Positions 45,932 through 64,000 of a stretch of DNA of 64,000 bases are shown piece after piece. The stretch lies in the NCBI RefSeq assembly GCF_009914755.1, contig NC_060948.1. One strand, 5' to 3'. How positions within the stretch are numbered: the first letter of the stretch is position 1; every line of letters begins with the position of its first letter. Under the pieces are notes generated by a model, which saw only the letters and a list, made by a program, of their open reading frames with translations, had not been told where the DNA came from and searched no databases. The translations under genes and the position numbers were made by a program. The DNA is from the human T2T-CHM13v2.0 reference genome, Homo sapiens.

Positions 45932-48036
45932 AGATCCATATTTTTTAAATGAAAAAAAATTTCAAAGGTACTCTGCTTGGTACAATAATCAAATGTATAA
46001 ACTGAGGAATAAAACATAACCATGAAACCTACTTATAACTGCATATGGAAAATACAGAGGATAATTTTTTAAATAACATATTTTGAAAGCCTTAACTAGT
46101 AATTTGAAGAGTTGGCATTTGAAAGGCCAGTATGAATATACCTTCAAAGCAGCAACACAGGTTCCCCATGAGAAAAAGCAAACTCAGGGAAAATAAAACC
46201 ACAAAGGTTCAATCTCTTCTGACCTTTGAAAGACACAGCACAGACAGTGGTCCTTAGGACGAAGAGCAGGAGACCCCTAATTCCGTCACCATGGCGATAG
46301 GGCATAAACATTGCTGGGTGAGGGCACAATCCACATTGTGAGGTCCAAGTGCTGCCAGGAAGACAGGAGTGCTTTTACATAGACCGAAAGGTCATTGAAG
46401 GCTCAGAGTTTTGTTTCAAGAACTGAATCCCAAGCCCACACGTTATTAGGCTGCGCGTCTTAACACAAGTTATGAGATGGGAAAAAGAGCACCCACAAAC
46501 ATACGTATACATTATGTATATAATAATATACAGTATCATATATATAATATATATAACCTATGTATAATATTGTTTTACATCCTGCATCTTATGTTATATA
46601 TATTGTATAAAATATAATAATTGATAATATATAAGTTTTATATTTATACAATATGACATATAGTATATATTATAATTTATGACATATATAATATATGTTA
46701 TATATCATATATAGAATATATTATACGGTTAATATACTTATTAAATATAAATTATACATTATATATATTATATATAATATATCTGTTATATATAATACCC
46801 ATTATGCATAATATATATATTATGTCTATGTTATATATAGTATAAAACAACATATAATAATATATAATTGTATACATAAAATGCGACATATAATATATAT
46901 TATATTTTATGACATATGTAATATATATTATATATTATATATAATGCGTTGTATGTATAATACGTATATTAAATATATATTACATGACTATGTTATTAAT
47001 TACATGTCACATGTGTTATATATTATTTATTTTACATAGAATATACCGGTTACATACAATATATAGTATGTTACCTATAATGTATAATTTATTACATGTA
47101 AAATAAAGAATGCAATATATTATGCATAATTTATAATATACAATATGTGGAATGTGATATATATAACATATAATATATGATATATGATATAGAGTATATG
47201 ATATATAACATACAATATATGATACCTAATATATATGATATACAATATATATTTTATGATATGTATTCTATATGTTATATTTTCTGTTATATATAACTGT
47301 TTGAAATAATATATAACTGTATAATATTTTAGGTACATATGTAATATAATATATATAAGTTTATAATATATTATATATAACTATATATTATGTTATATAT
47401 ACTTTTATAACATAATTTACATAAAATATCATAATATAATATATATTATATTATTTCATATTACATAATATATATTACATATCACCCAATATAAGTAACA
47501 TACATAATATTATAATATAGATTATATTATGTTATATTAAATATCATATATATCATGTATCATATATTCTATAATATATATTATACATTATATAATATGT
47601 ATGTTGTCTATTATGTGATATATATAACTATATATATAATTATATTATTATACATATAACTAGATAAACATGTAATTCTACATATTTTCATTTATAATAT
47701 ATAGAATTATATAATCATATATAATTATTTATATTCTATAAAAAATTATATCATTATATAAATTATAATATATAAAAATTATAATATGTACTACAAATAT
47801 ATATATTATATATCATATATGATATAGTACCTTTGTTATATATCATAATACATATAAATGTGTATTATGTTATCTATAATTATATAATTTCATATATAAG
47901 ATGTATAATATTTATTATATATTATATATGTTATGTAATATATATAGTATATATAAGATGACACAGGATAAATATTATATACTATGACATATAAAATATA
48001 TGAGGTTATATGTTACATATAAGGCATAGCACATAA

Positions 48037-48351
<315 letters not shown>

Positions 48352-50455
48352 AGATCCATATTTTTTAAATGAAAAAAAATTTCAAAGGTACTCTGCTAGG
48401 TACAATAATCAAATGTATAAACTGAGGAAGAAAACATAACCATGAAACCTACTTATAACTGCATATGGAAAATACAGAGGATAATTTTTTAAATAACATA
48501 TTTTGAAAGCCTTAACTAGTAATTTGAAGAGTTGGCATTTGAAAGGCCAGTATGAATATACCTTCAAAGCAGCAACACAGGTTCCCCATGAGAAAAAGCA
48601 AACTCAGGGAAAATAAAACCACAAAGGTTCAATCTCTTCTGACCTTTGAAAGACACAGCACAGACAGTGGTCCTTAGGACGAAGAGCAGGAGACCCCTAA
48701 TTCCGTCACCATGGCGATAGGGCATAAACACTGCTGGGTGAGGGCACAATCCACATTGTGAGGTCCAACTGCTGCCAGGAAGACAGGAGTGCTTTTACAT
48801 AGACCGAAAGGTCATTGAAGGCTCAGAGTTTTGTTTCAAGAACTGAATCCCAAGCCCACACGTTATTAGGCTGCGCTTCTTAAAACAAGTTATGAGATGG
48901 GAAAAAGGGCACCAACAGACATACGTATACATTATGTATATAATAATATACAGTATCATATATATAATATATATAACCTATGTATAATATTGTTTTACAT
49001 CCTGCATCTTATACTATATATATTGTATAAAGTATAATAATTGATAATATATAAATTTTATATTTATACAATATGACATATAGTATATATTATAATTTAT
49101 GACATATATAATATATGTTATATATCATATATAGAATATATTATACGGTTAATATACGTATTAAATATAAATTATACATTATATATATTATATATAATAT
49201 ATCTGTTACATATAATACCCATTATGCATAATATATATATTATGTCTATGTTATATATAGTATAAAACAACATATAATAATATATAATTGTATATATAAA
49301 ATGCGACATATAATATATATTATATTTTATGACATATGTAATATATATTATACATTATATATAATACGTTGTATGTATAATACCTAAAATAAATATATAT
49401 TATATGACTATGTTATTAATTACATGTCACATGTGTTATATATTATATATTTTACATAGAATATACCGGTTACATACAATATATACTATGTTACCTATAA
49501 TGTATAATTTATTACATGTAAAATAAAGAATGCAATATATTATGTATAATTTATAATATACAATATGTGGAATGTGATATATATAACATATAATATATGA
49601 TATATGATATACAGTATATGATATATAACATACAATATATGATACCTAATATATATGGTATACAATATATATTTTATGATATGTATTCTATATGTTTTAT
49701 ATTCTGTTATATATAACTATTTGAAATTATATATAACTGTATAATATTTTATATAAATATGTAATATAATATATATAACTATATAATATATTATATATAA
49801 CTACATATTATGTTATATATACTTTTATAACATAATTTACATAAAATATCATAATATAATATATATTATATTATTTCATATTACATAATATATATTACAT
49901 ATCACCCAATATAAGTAACATACATAATATTATAATATAGATTATATTATGTTATATTAAATATCATATATATCATGTATCATATAATCTATAATATATA
50001 TTATACATTATATAATACGTATGTTGTCTATTATGTGATATATATAACTATATATATAATTATATTATTATACATATAACTAGATAAACATGTAATTCTA
50101 CATATTTTCATTTATAATGTATAGAATTATATAATCATATAAATTATTTATGTTCTATAAAAAATTATATCATTATATAAATTATAATATATAAAAATTA
50201 TAATATGTACTACAAATATGTATATTATATATCATATATGATATAGTACCTTTGTTATATATCATAATACATATAAATGTGTATTATGTTATCTATAATT
50301 ATATAATTTCATATATAAGATGTATAATATTTATTATATATTATATATGTTATGTAATATATATAGTATATATAAGATGACACAGGATAAATATTATATA
50401 CTATGACATATAAAATATATGAGGTTATATGTTACATATAAGGCATAGCACATAA

Positions 50456-50770
<315 letters not shown>

Positions 50771-52874
50771 AGATCCATATTTTTTAAATGAAAAAAAATT
50801 TCAAAGGTACTCTGCTTGGTACAATAATCAAATGTATAAACTGAGGAATAAAACATAACCATGAAACCTACTTATAACTGCATATGGAAAATACAGAGGA
50901 TAATTTTTTAAATAACATATTTTGAAAGCCTTAACTAGTAATTTGAAGAGTTGGCATTTGAAAGGCCAGTATGAATATACCTTCAAAGCAGCAACACAGG
51001 TTCCCCATGAGAAAAAGCAAACTCAGGGAAAATAAAACCACAAAGGTTCAATCTCTTCTGACCTTTGAAAGACACAGCACAGACAGTGGTCCTTAGGACG
51101 AAGAGCAGGAGACCCCTAATTCCGTCACCATGGCGATAGGGCATAAACACTGCTGGGTGAGGGCACAATCCACATTGTGAGGTCCAGCTGCTGCCAGGAA
51201 GACAGGAGTGCTTTTACATAGACCGAAAGGTCATTGAAGGCTCAGAGTTTTGTTTCAAGAACTGAATCCCAAGCCCACACGTTATTAGGCTGCGCTTCTT
51301 AAAACAAGTTATGAGATGGGAAAAAGGGCACCCACAAACATACGTATACATTATGTATATAATAATATACAGTATCATATATATAATATATATAACCTAT
51401 GTATAATATTGTTTTACATCCTGCATCTTATATTATATATATTGTATAAAATATAATAATTGATAATATATAAGTTTTATATTTATACAATATGACATAT
51501 AGTATAAATTATAATTTATGACATATAATATATATGTTATATATCATATATAGAATATATTATACGGTTAATATACGTATTAAATATAAATTACACATTA
51601 TATATATTATATATAATATATCTGCTATATATAATACGCATTATGCATATTATATATATTATGTCTATGTTATATATAGTATAAAACAACATATAATAAT
51701 ATATAATTGTATATATAAAATGCGACATATAATATATATTATATTTTATCACATATGTAATATATATTATATATTATATATAATACGTTGTATGTATAAT
51801 ACCTAAAATAAATATATATTATATGACTATGTTATTAATTACATGTCAGATGTGTTATATATTATATATTTTACATAGAATATACCGGTTACATACAATA
51901 TATACTATGTTACCTATAATGTATAATTTATTACATGTAAAATAAAGAATGCAATATATTATGTATAATTTATAATATACAATATGTGGAATGTGATATA
52001 TATAACATATAATATATGATATATGATATACAGTATATGATATATAACATACAATATATGATACCTAATATATATGGTATACAATATATATTTTATGATA
52101 TGTATTCTATATGTTTTATATTCTGTTATATATAACTATTTGAAATTATATATAACTGTATAATATTTTATGTAAATATGTAATATAATATATATAACTA
52201 TATAATATATTATATATAACTACATATTATGTTATATATACTTTTATAACATAATTTACATAAAATATCATAATATAATATATATTATATTATTTCATAT
52301 TACATAATATATATTACATATCACCCAATATAAGTAACATACATAATATTATAATATAGATTATATTATGTTATATTAAATATCATATATATCATGTATC
52401 ATATAATCTATAATATATATTATACATTATATAATATGTATGTTGTCTATTATGTGATATATATAACTATATATATAATTATATTATTATACATATAAAT
52501 AGATAAACATGTAATTCTACATATTTTCATTTATAATGTATAGAATTATATAATCATATAAATTATTTATATTCTATAAAAAATTATATCATTATATAAA
52601 TTATAATATATAAAAATTATAATATGTACTACAAATATATATATTATATATCATATATGATATAGTACCTTTGTTATATATCATAATACATATAAATGTG
52701 TATTATGTTATCTATAATTATATAATTTCATATATAAGATGTATAATATTTATTATATATTATATATGTTATGTAATATATATAGTATATATAAGATGAT
52801 ACAGGATAAATATTATATACTATGACATATAAAATATATGAGGTTATATGTTACATATAAGGCATAGCACATAA

Positions 52875-53189
<315 letters not shown>

Positions 53190-55292
53190 AGATCCATATT
53201 TTTTAAATGAAAAAAAATTTCAAAGGTACTCTGCTTGGTACAATAATCAAATGTATAAACTGAGGAATAAAACATAACCATGAAACCTACTTATAACTGC
53301 ATATGGAAAATACAGAGGATAATTTTTTAAATAACATATTTTGAAAGCCTTAACTAGTAATTTGAAGAGTTGGTATTTGAAAGGCCAGTATGAATATACC
53401 TTCAAAGCAGCAACACAGGTTCCCCATGAGAAAAAGCAAACTCAGGGAAAATAAAACCACAAAGGTTCAATCTCTTCTGACCTTTGAAAGACACAGCACA
53501 GACAGTGGTCCTTAGGACGAAGAGCAGGAGACCCCTAATTCCGTCACCATGGCGATAGGGCATAAACACTGCTGGGTGAGGGCACAATCCACATTGTGAG
53601 GTCCAACTGCTGCCAGGAAGACAGGAGTGCTTTTACATAGACCGAAAGGTCATTGAAGGCTCAGAGTTTTGTTTCAAGAACTGAATCCCAAGCCCACACG
53701 TTATTAGGCTGCGCTTCTTAAAACAAGTTATGAGATGGGAAAAAGGGCACCCACAAACATACGTATACATTATGTATATAATAATATACAATATCATATA
53801 TATAATATATATAACCTATGTATAATATTGTTTTACATCCTGCATCTTATATTATATATATTGTATAAAATACAATAATTGATAATATATAAGTTTTATA
53901 TTTATACAATATGACATATAGTATAAATTATAATTTATGACATATAATATATATGTTATATATCATATATAGAATATATTATACGGTTAATATACGTATT
54001 AAATATAAATTATACATTATATATATTATATATAATATATCTGCTATATATAATACGCATTATGCATATTATATATATTATGTCTATGTTATATATAGTA
54101 TAAAACAACATATAATAATATATAATTGTATATATAAAATGCGACATATAATATATAATATATTTTATGACATATGTAATATATATTATATATTATATAT
54201 AATACGTTGTATGTATAATACCTATATTAAATATATATTATATGACTATGTTATTAATTACATGTCACATATGTTATATATTATATATTTTACATAGAAT
54301 GTACCGGTTACATACAATATATACTATGTTACCTATAATGTATAATTTATTACATGTAAAATAAAGAATGCAATATATTATGTATAATTTATAATATACA
54401 ATATGTGGAATGTGATATATATAACATATAATATATGATATATGATATACAGTATATGATATATAACATACAATATATGATACCTAACATATATGGTATA
54501 CAATATATATTTTATGATATGTATTCTCTATGTTTTATATTCTCTTATATATAACTATTTGAAATTATATATAACTGAGTAATATTTTATGTAAATATGT
54601 AATATAATATATATAACTATATAATATATTATATATAACTATATATTATGTTATATATACTTTTATAACATAATTTACATAAAATATCATAATATAATAT
54701 ATATTATATTATTTCATATTACATAATATATATTACATATCACCCAATATAAGTAACATACATAATATTATAATATAGATTATATTATGTTATATTAAAT
54801 ATCATATATATCATGTATCATATATTCTATAATATATATTATACATTATATAATATGTATGTTGTCTATTATGTGATATATATAACTATATATATAATTA
54901 TTTTATTATACATATAACTAGATAAACATGTAATTCTACATATTTTCATTTATAATATATAGAATTATATAATCATATATAATTATTTATATTCTATAAA
55001 AAATTATATCATTATATAAATTATAATATATAAAAATTATAATATGTACTACAAATATATATTATATATCATATATGATATAGTACCTTTGTTATATATC
55101 ATAATACATATAAATGTGTATTATGTTATCTATAATTACATAATTTCATATATAAGATGTATAATATTTATTATATATTATATATGTTATGTAATATATA
55201 TAGTATATATAAGATGAGACAGGATAAATATTATATACTATGACATATAAAATATATGATGTTATATGTTACATATAAGGCATAGCACATAA

Positions 55293-55607
<315 letters not shown>

Positions 55608-57710
55608 AGATCCATATTTTTTAAATGAAAAAAAATTTCAAAGGTACTCTGCTTGGTACAATAATCAAATGTATAAACTGAGGAATAAAACATAACCATG
55701 AAACCTACTTATAACTGCATATGGAAAATACAGAGGATAATTTTTTAAATAACATATTTTGAAAGCCTTAACTAGTAATTTGAAGAGTTGGCATTTGAAA
55801 GGCCAGTATGAATATACCTTCAAAGCAGCAACACAGGTTCCCCATGAGAAAAAGCAAACTCAGGGAAAATAAAACCACAAAGGTTCAATCTCTTCTGACC
55901 TTTGAAAGACACAGCACAAACAGTGGTCCTTAGGACGAAGAGCAGGAGACCCATAATTCCGTCACCATGGCGATAGGGCATAAACACTGCTGGGTGAGGG
56001 CACAATCCACATTGTGAGGTCCAACTGCTGCCAGGAAGACAGGAGTGCTTTTACATAGACCGAAAGGTCATTGAAGGCTCAGAGTTTTGTTTCAAGAACT
56101 GAATCCCAAGCCCACACGTTATTAGGCTGCGCTTCTTAAAACAAGTTATGAGATGGGAAAAAGGGCACCCACAGACATACGTATACATTATGTGTATAAT
56201 AATATACAGTAACATATATATAATATATATAACCTATGTATAATATTGTTTTACATCCTGCATCTTATACTATATATATTGTATAAAATATAATAATTGA
56301 TAATATATAAATTTTATATTTATACAATATGACATATAGTATATATTATAATTTATGACATATATAATATATGTTATATATCATATATAGAATATATTAT
56401 ACGGTTAAAATACGTATTAAATATAAATTATACATTATATATATTATATATAATATATCTGTTATATATAATACCCATTATGCATAATATATATATTATG
56501 TCTATGTTATATATAGTATAAAACAACATATAATAATATATAATTGTATATATAAAATGCGACATATAATATATATTATATTTTATGACATATGTAATAT
56601 ATATTATATATTATATATAATACGTTGTATGTATAATAACTATATTAAATATATGTTATATGACTGTGTTATTAACTACATGTCACATATGTTATATATT
56701 ATATATTTTACATAGAATATACCGGTTACATACAATATATACTATGTTACGTATAATGTATAATTTATTACATGTAAAATAAAGAATGCAATATATTATG
56801 TGCAATTTATAATATACAATATGTGGAATGTGATATATATAACATATAATATATGATATATGATATACAGTATATGATATATAACATACGATATATGATA
56901 CCTAATATATATGGTATACAATATATATTTTATGATATGTATTCTATATGTTTTATATTCTGTTATATATAACTATTTGAAATTATATATAACTGTATAA
57001 TATTTTATGTAAATATGTAATATAATATATATAAATATATAATATATTATATATAACTATATATTATGTTATATATACTTTTATAACATAATTTACATAA
57101 AATATCATAATATAATATATACTATATTATTTCACATTACATAATATATATTACGTATCACCCAATATAAGTAACATACCTAATATTATAATATAGATTA
57201 TATTATGTTATATTAAATATCATATATATCATGTATCATATATTCTATAATATATATTATACATTATATAATATGTATGTTGTCTATTATGTGATATATA
57301 TAACTATATATAATTATATTATTATACATATAACTAGATAAACATGTAATTCTACATATTTTCATTTATAATATATAGAATTATATAATCATATATAATT
57401 ATTTATATTCTATAAAAAATTATATCATTATATAAATTATAATATATAAAAATTATAATATGTACTACAAATATATATATTATATATCATATATGATATA
57501 GTACCATTGTTATATATCATTATACATATAAATGTGTATTATGATATCTATAATTATATAATTTCATATATAAGTTGTATAATATGTATTATATATTATA
57601 TATATTATGTAATATATATAGTATATATAAGATGACACAGGATAAATATTATATACTATGACATATAAAATATATGAGGTTATATGTTACATATAAGGCA
57701 TAGCACATAA

Positions 57711-58025
<315 letters not shown>

Positions 58026-60130
58026 AGATCCATATTTTTTAAATGAAAAAAACTTTCAAAGGTACTCTGCTTGGTACAATAATCAAATGTATAAACTGAG
58101 GAATAAAACATAACCATGAAACCTACTTATAACTGCATATGGAAAATACAGAAGATAATTTTTTAAATAACATATTTTGAAAGCCTTAACTAGTAATTTG
58201 AAGAGTTGGCATTTGAAAGGCCAGTATGAATATACCTTCAAAGCAGCAACACAGGTTCCCCTTGAGAAAAATCAAACTCAGGGAAAATAAAACCACAAAG
58301 GTTCAATCTCTTCTGACCATTGAAAGACACAGCACAGACAGTGGTCCTTAGGACGAAGAGCAGGAGACCCCTAATTCCGTCACCATGGCGATAGGGCATA
58401 AACACTGCTGGGTGAGGGCACAATCCACATTGTGAGGTCCAACTGCTGCCAGGAAGACAGGAGTGCTTTTACATAGACCGAAAAGTCATTGAAGGCTCAG
58501 AGTTTTGTTTCAAGAACTGAATCCCAAGCCCACACGTTATTAGGCTGCGCTTCTTAAAACAAGTTATGAGATGGGAAAAAGGGCACCCACAGACATACGT
58601 ATACATTATGTATATAATAATATACAGTATCATATATATAATATATATAACCTATGTATAATATTGTTTTACATCCTGCATCTTATACTATATATATTGT
58701 ATAAAATATAATAATTGATAATATATAAATTTTATATTTATACAATATGACATATAGTATATATTATAATTTATGACATATATAATATATGTTATATATC
58801 ATATATAGAATATATTATACGGTTAATATACGTATTAAATATAAATTATACATTATATATATTATATATAATATATCTGTTATATATAATACCAATTATG
58901 CATAATATATATATTATGTCTATGTTATATATAGTATAAAACAACATATAATAATATATAATTGTATATATAAAATGCGACATATAATATATATTATATT
59001 TTATGACATATGTAATATATATTATATATTATATATAATACGTTGTATGTATAATACCTATATTAAATATATGTTATATGACTGTGTTATTAATTACATG
59101 TCACATATGTTATATATTATATATTTTACATAGAATATACCGGTTACATACAATATATACTATGTTACGTATAATGTATAATTTATTACATGTAAAATAA
59201 AGAATGCAATATATTATGTGCAATTTATAATATACAATATGTGGAATGTGATATATATAACATATAATATATGATATATGATATACAGTATATGATATAT
59301 AACATACAATATATGATACCTAATATATATGGTATACAATATATATTTTATGATATGTATTCTATATGTTTTATATTCTGTTATATATAACTATTTGAAA
59401 TTATATATAACTGTATAATATTTTATGTAAATATGTAATATAATATATATAAATATATAATATATTATATATAACTATATATTATGTTATATATACTTTT
59501 ATAACATAATTTACATAAAATATCATAATATAATATATACTATATTATTTCACATTACATAATATATATTACGTATCACCCAATATAAGTAACATACCTA
59601 ATATTATAATATAGATTATATTATGTTATATTAAATATCATATATATCATGTATCATATATTCTATAATATATATTATACATTATATAATATGTATGTTG
59701 TCTATTATGTGATATATATAACTATATATATAATTATATTATTATACATATAACTAGATAAACATGTAATTCTACATATTTTCATTTATAATATATAGAA
59801 TTATATAATCATATATAATTATTTATATTCTATAATAAATTATATCATTATATAAATTATAATATATAAAAATTATAATATGTACTACAAATATATATAT
59901 TACATATCATATATGATATAGTACCATTGTTATATATCATAATACATATAAATGTGTATTATGATATCTATAATTATATAATTTCATATATAAGATGTAT
60001 AATATGTATTATATATTATATATGTTATGTAATATATATAGTATATATAAGATGACACAGGATAAATATTATATACTATGACATATAAAATATATGAGGT
60101 TATATGTTACATATAAGGCATAGCACATAA

Positions 60131-60445
<315 letters not shown>

Positions 60446-62550
60446 AGATCCATATTTTTTAAATGAAAAAAAATTTCAAAGGTACTCTGCTTGGTACAAT
60501 AATCAAATGTATAAACTGAGGAATAAAACATAACCATGAAACCTACTTATAACTGCATATGGAAAATACAGAGGATAATTTTTTAAATAACATATTTTGA
60601 AAGTCTTAACTAGTAATTTGAAGAGTTGGCATTTGAAAGGCCAGTATGAATATACCTTCAAAGCAGCAACACAGGTTCCCCTTGAGAAAAATCAAACTCA
60701 GGGAAAATAAAACCACAAAGGTTCAATCTCTTTTGACCATTGAAAGACACAGCACAGACAGTGGTCCTTAGGACGAAGAGCAGGAGACCCCTAATTCCGT
60801 CACCATGGCGATAGGGCATAAACACTGCTGGGTGAGGGCACAATCCACATTGTGAGGTCCAACTGCTGCCAGGAAGACAGGAGTGCTTTTACATAGACCG
60901 AAAGGTCATTGAAGGCTCAGAGTTTTGTTTCAAGAACTGAATCCCAAACCCACACGTTATTAGGCTGTGCTTCTTAAAACAAGTTATGAGATGGGAAAAA
61001 GGGCACCCACAAACATACGTATACATTATGTATATAATAATATACAGTATCATATATATAATATATATAACCTATGTATAATATTGTTTTACATCCTGCA
61101 TCTTATATTATATATATTGTATAAAATATAATTATTGATAATATATAAATTTTATATTTATACATTATGACATATAGTATATATTATAATTTATGACATA
61201 TATAATATATGTTATATATCATATATAGAATATATTATACGGTTAATATACGTATTAAATATAAATTATACATTATATATATTATATATAATATATCTGT
61301 TATATATAATACCCATTATGCATAATATATATATTATGTCTATGTTATATATAGTATAAAACAACATATAATAATAAATAATTGTATATATAAAATGCGA
61401 CATATAATATATATTATATTTTATGACATATGTAATATATATTATATATTATATATAATACGTTGTATGTTTAATACCTATAATAAATATATATTATATG
61501 ACTATGTTATTAATTACATGTCACATGTGTTATATATTATATATTTTACATAGAATATACCGGTTACATACAATATATACTATGTTACCTATAATGTATA
61601 TTTTATTACATGTGAAATAAAGAATGCAATATATTATGTATAATTTATAATATACAATATGTGGAATGTGATATATATAACATATAATATATGATATATG
61701 ATATACAGTATATGATATATAACATACAATATATGATACCTAATATATATGGTATACAATATATATTTTATGATATGTATTCCATATGTTTTATATTCTG
61801 TTATAAATAATTATTTGAAATTATATATAACTGTATAATATTTTATGTAAATATGTAATATAATATATATAACTATATAATATATTATATATAACTATAT
61901 ATTATGTTATATATACTTTTATAACATAATTTACATAAAATATCATAATATAATATATATTATATTATTTCATATTACATAATATATATTACATATCACC
62001 CAATATAAGTAACATACATAATATTATAATATAGATTATATTATGTTATATTAAATATCATATATATCATGTATCATATTATCTATAATATATATTATAC
62101 ATTATATAATATGTATGTTGTCTATTATGTGATATACATAACTATATATATAATTATATTATTATACATATAACTAGATAAACATGTAATTCTACATATT
62201 TTCATTTATAATATATAGAATTATATAATCATATATAATTATTTATATTCTATAAAAAATTATATCGTTATATAAATTATAATATGTAAAAATTATAATA
62301 CGTACTACAAATATATATATTATATATCATATATGATATGGTACCTTTGTTATATATCATAATACATATAAATGTGTATTATGTTATCTATAATTATATA
62401 ATTTCATATATAAGATGTATAATATTTATTATATATTATATATGTTATGTAATATATATAGTATATATAAGATGACACAGGATAAATATTATATACTATG
62501 ACATATAAAATATATGAGGTTATATGTTACATATAAGGCATAGCACATAA

Positions 62551-62865
<315 letters not shown>

Positions 62866-64000
62866 AGATCCATATTTTTTAAATGAAAAAAAATTTCAAA
62901 GGTACTCTGCTTGGTACAATAATCAAGTGTATAAACTGAGGAATAAAACATAACCATGAAACCTACTTATAACTGCATATGGAAAATACAGAGGATAATT
63001 TTTTAAATAACATATTTTGAAAGCCTTAACTAGTAATTTGAAGAGTTGGCATTTGAAAGGCCAGTATGAATATACCTTCAAAGCAGCAACACAGGTTCCC
63101 CATGAGAAAAAGCAAACTCAGGGAAAATAAAACCACAAAGGTTCAATGTCTTCTGACCTTTGAAAGACACAGCACAGACAGTGGCCCTTAGGACGAAGAG
63201 CTGGAGACCCCTAATTCCGTCACCATGGCGATAGGGCATAAACATTGCTGGGTGAGGGCACAATCCACATTGTGAGGTCCAAGTGCTGCCAGGAAGACAG
63301 GAGTGCTTTTACATAGACCGAAAGGTCATTGAAGGCTCAGAGTTTTGTTTCAAGAACTGAATCCCAAGCCCACACGTTATTACGCTGCGCTTCTTAAAAC
63401 AAGTTATGAGATGGGAAAAAGGGCACCCACAAACATACGTATACATTATGTATATAATAATATACAGTATCATATATAAAATATATATAACCTATGTATA
63501 ATATTGTTTTACATCCTGCATCTTATATTATATATATTGTTTAAAATATAATAATTGATAATATATAAGTTTATATTTATACAATATGACATATAGTATA
63601 TATTTTAATTTATGACATATATAATATATGTTATATATCATATATAGAATATATTATACGGTTAATATACGTATTAAATATAAATTATACATTATATATA
63701 TTATATATAATATATCTGTTACATATAATACCCATTATGCATAATATATATATTATGTCTATGTTATATATAGTATAAAACAACATATAATAATATATAA
63801 TTGTATATATAAAATGAGACATATAATATATATTATATTTTATGACATATGTAATATATATTATATATTATATATAATACGTTGTATGTATAATACCTAT
63901 AATAAATATATATTATATGACTATGTTATTAATTACATGTCACATGTGTTATATATTATATATTTTACATAGAATATACCGGTTACATACAATATATACT

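Overview
This window is non-coding human satellite DNA, most likely Yq12 heterochromatin, spanning a junction between two tandem arrays. Bases 1-42469 are a DYZ1/HSat3 array: degenerate (GGAAT)n pentamers on the + strand, organised as a ~3.55-kb higher-order unit with one EcoRI site each, giving 11 complete units of 3529-3573 bp plus two partial units. Bases 42467-64000 are a DYZ2/HSat1B array of 2418-2420-bp units, each made of ~1.56 kb of degenerate AT-rich sequence, a ~290-bp minus-strand Alu and a ~565-bp HSATI-like segment. I find no credible protein-coding gene, RNA gene or CRISPR array; the ORF track is a by-product of repeat periodicity. I cannot support a new biological system here. 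The best leads are: the exact junction, the 768-bp deletion and extra divergence in the junction-adjacent DYZ2 unit, variant sharing among units at 1-, 2- and 5-unit offsets, a relic target-site duplication around the Alu, and a retained Pol III A-box/B-box/terminator layout in the Alu copies. Family names come from recognising the sequence, not from a database search.
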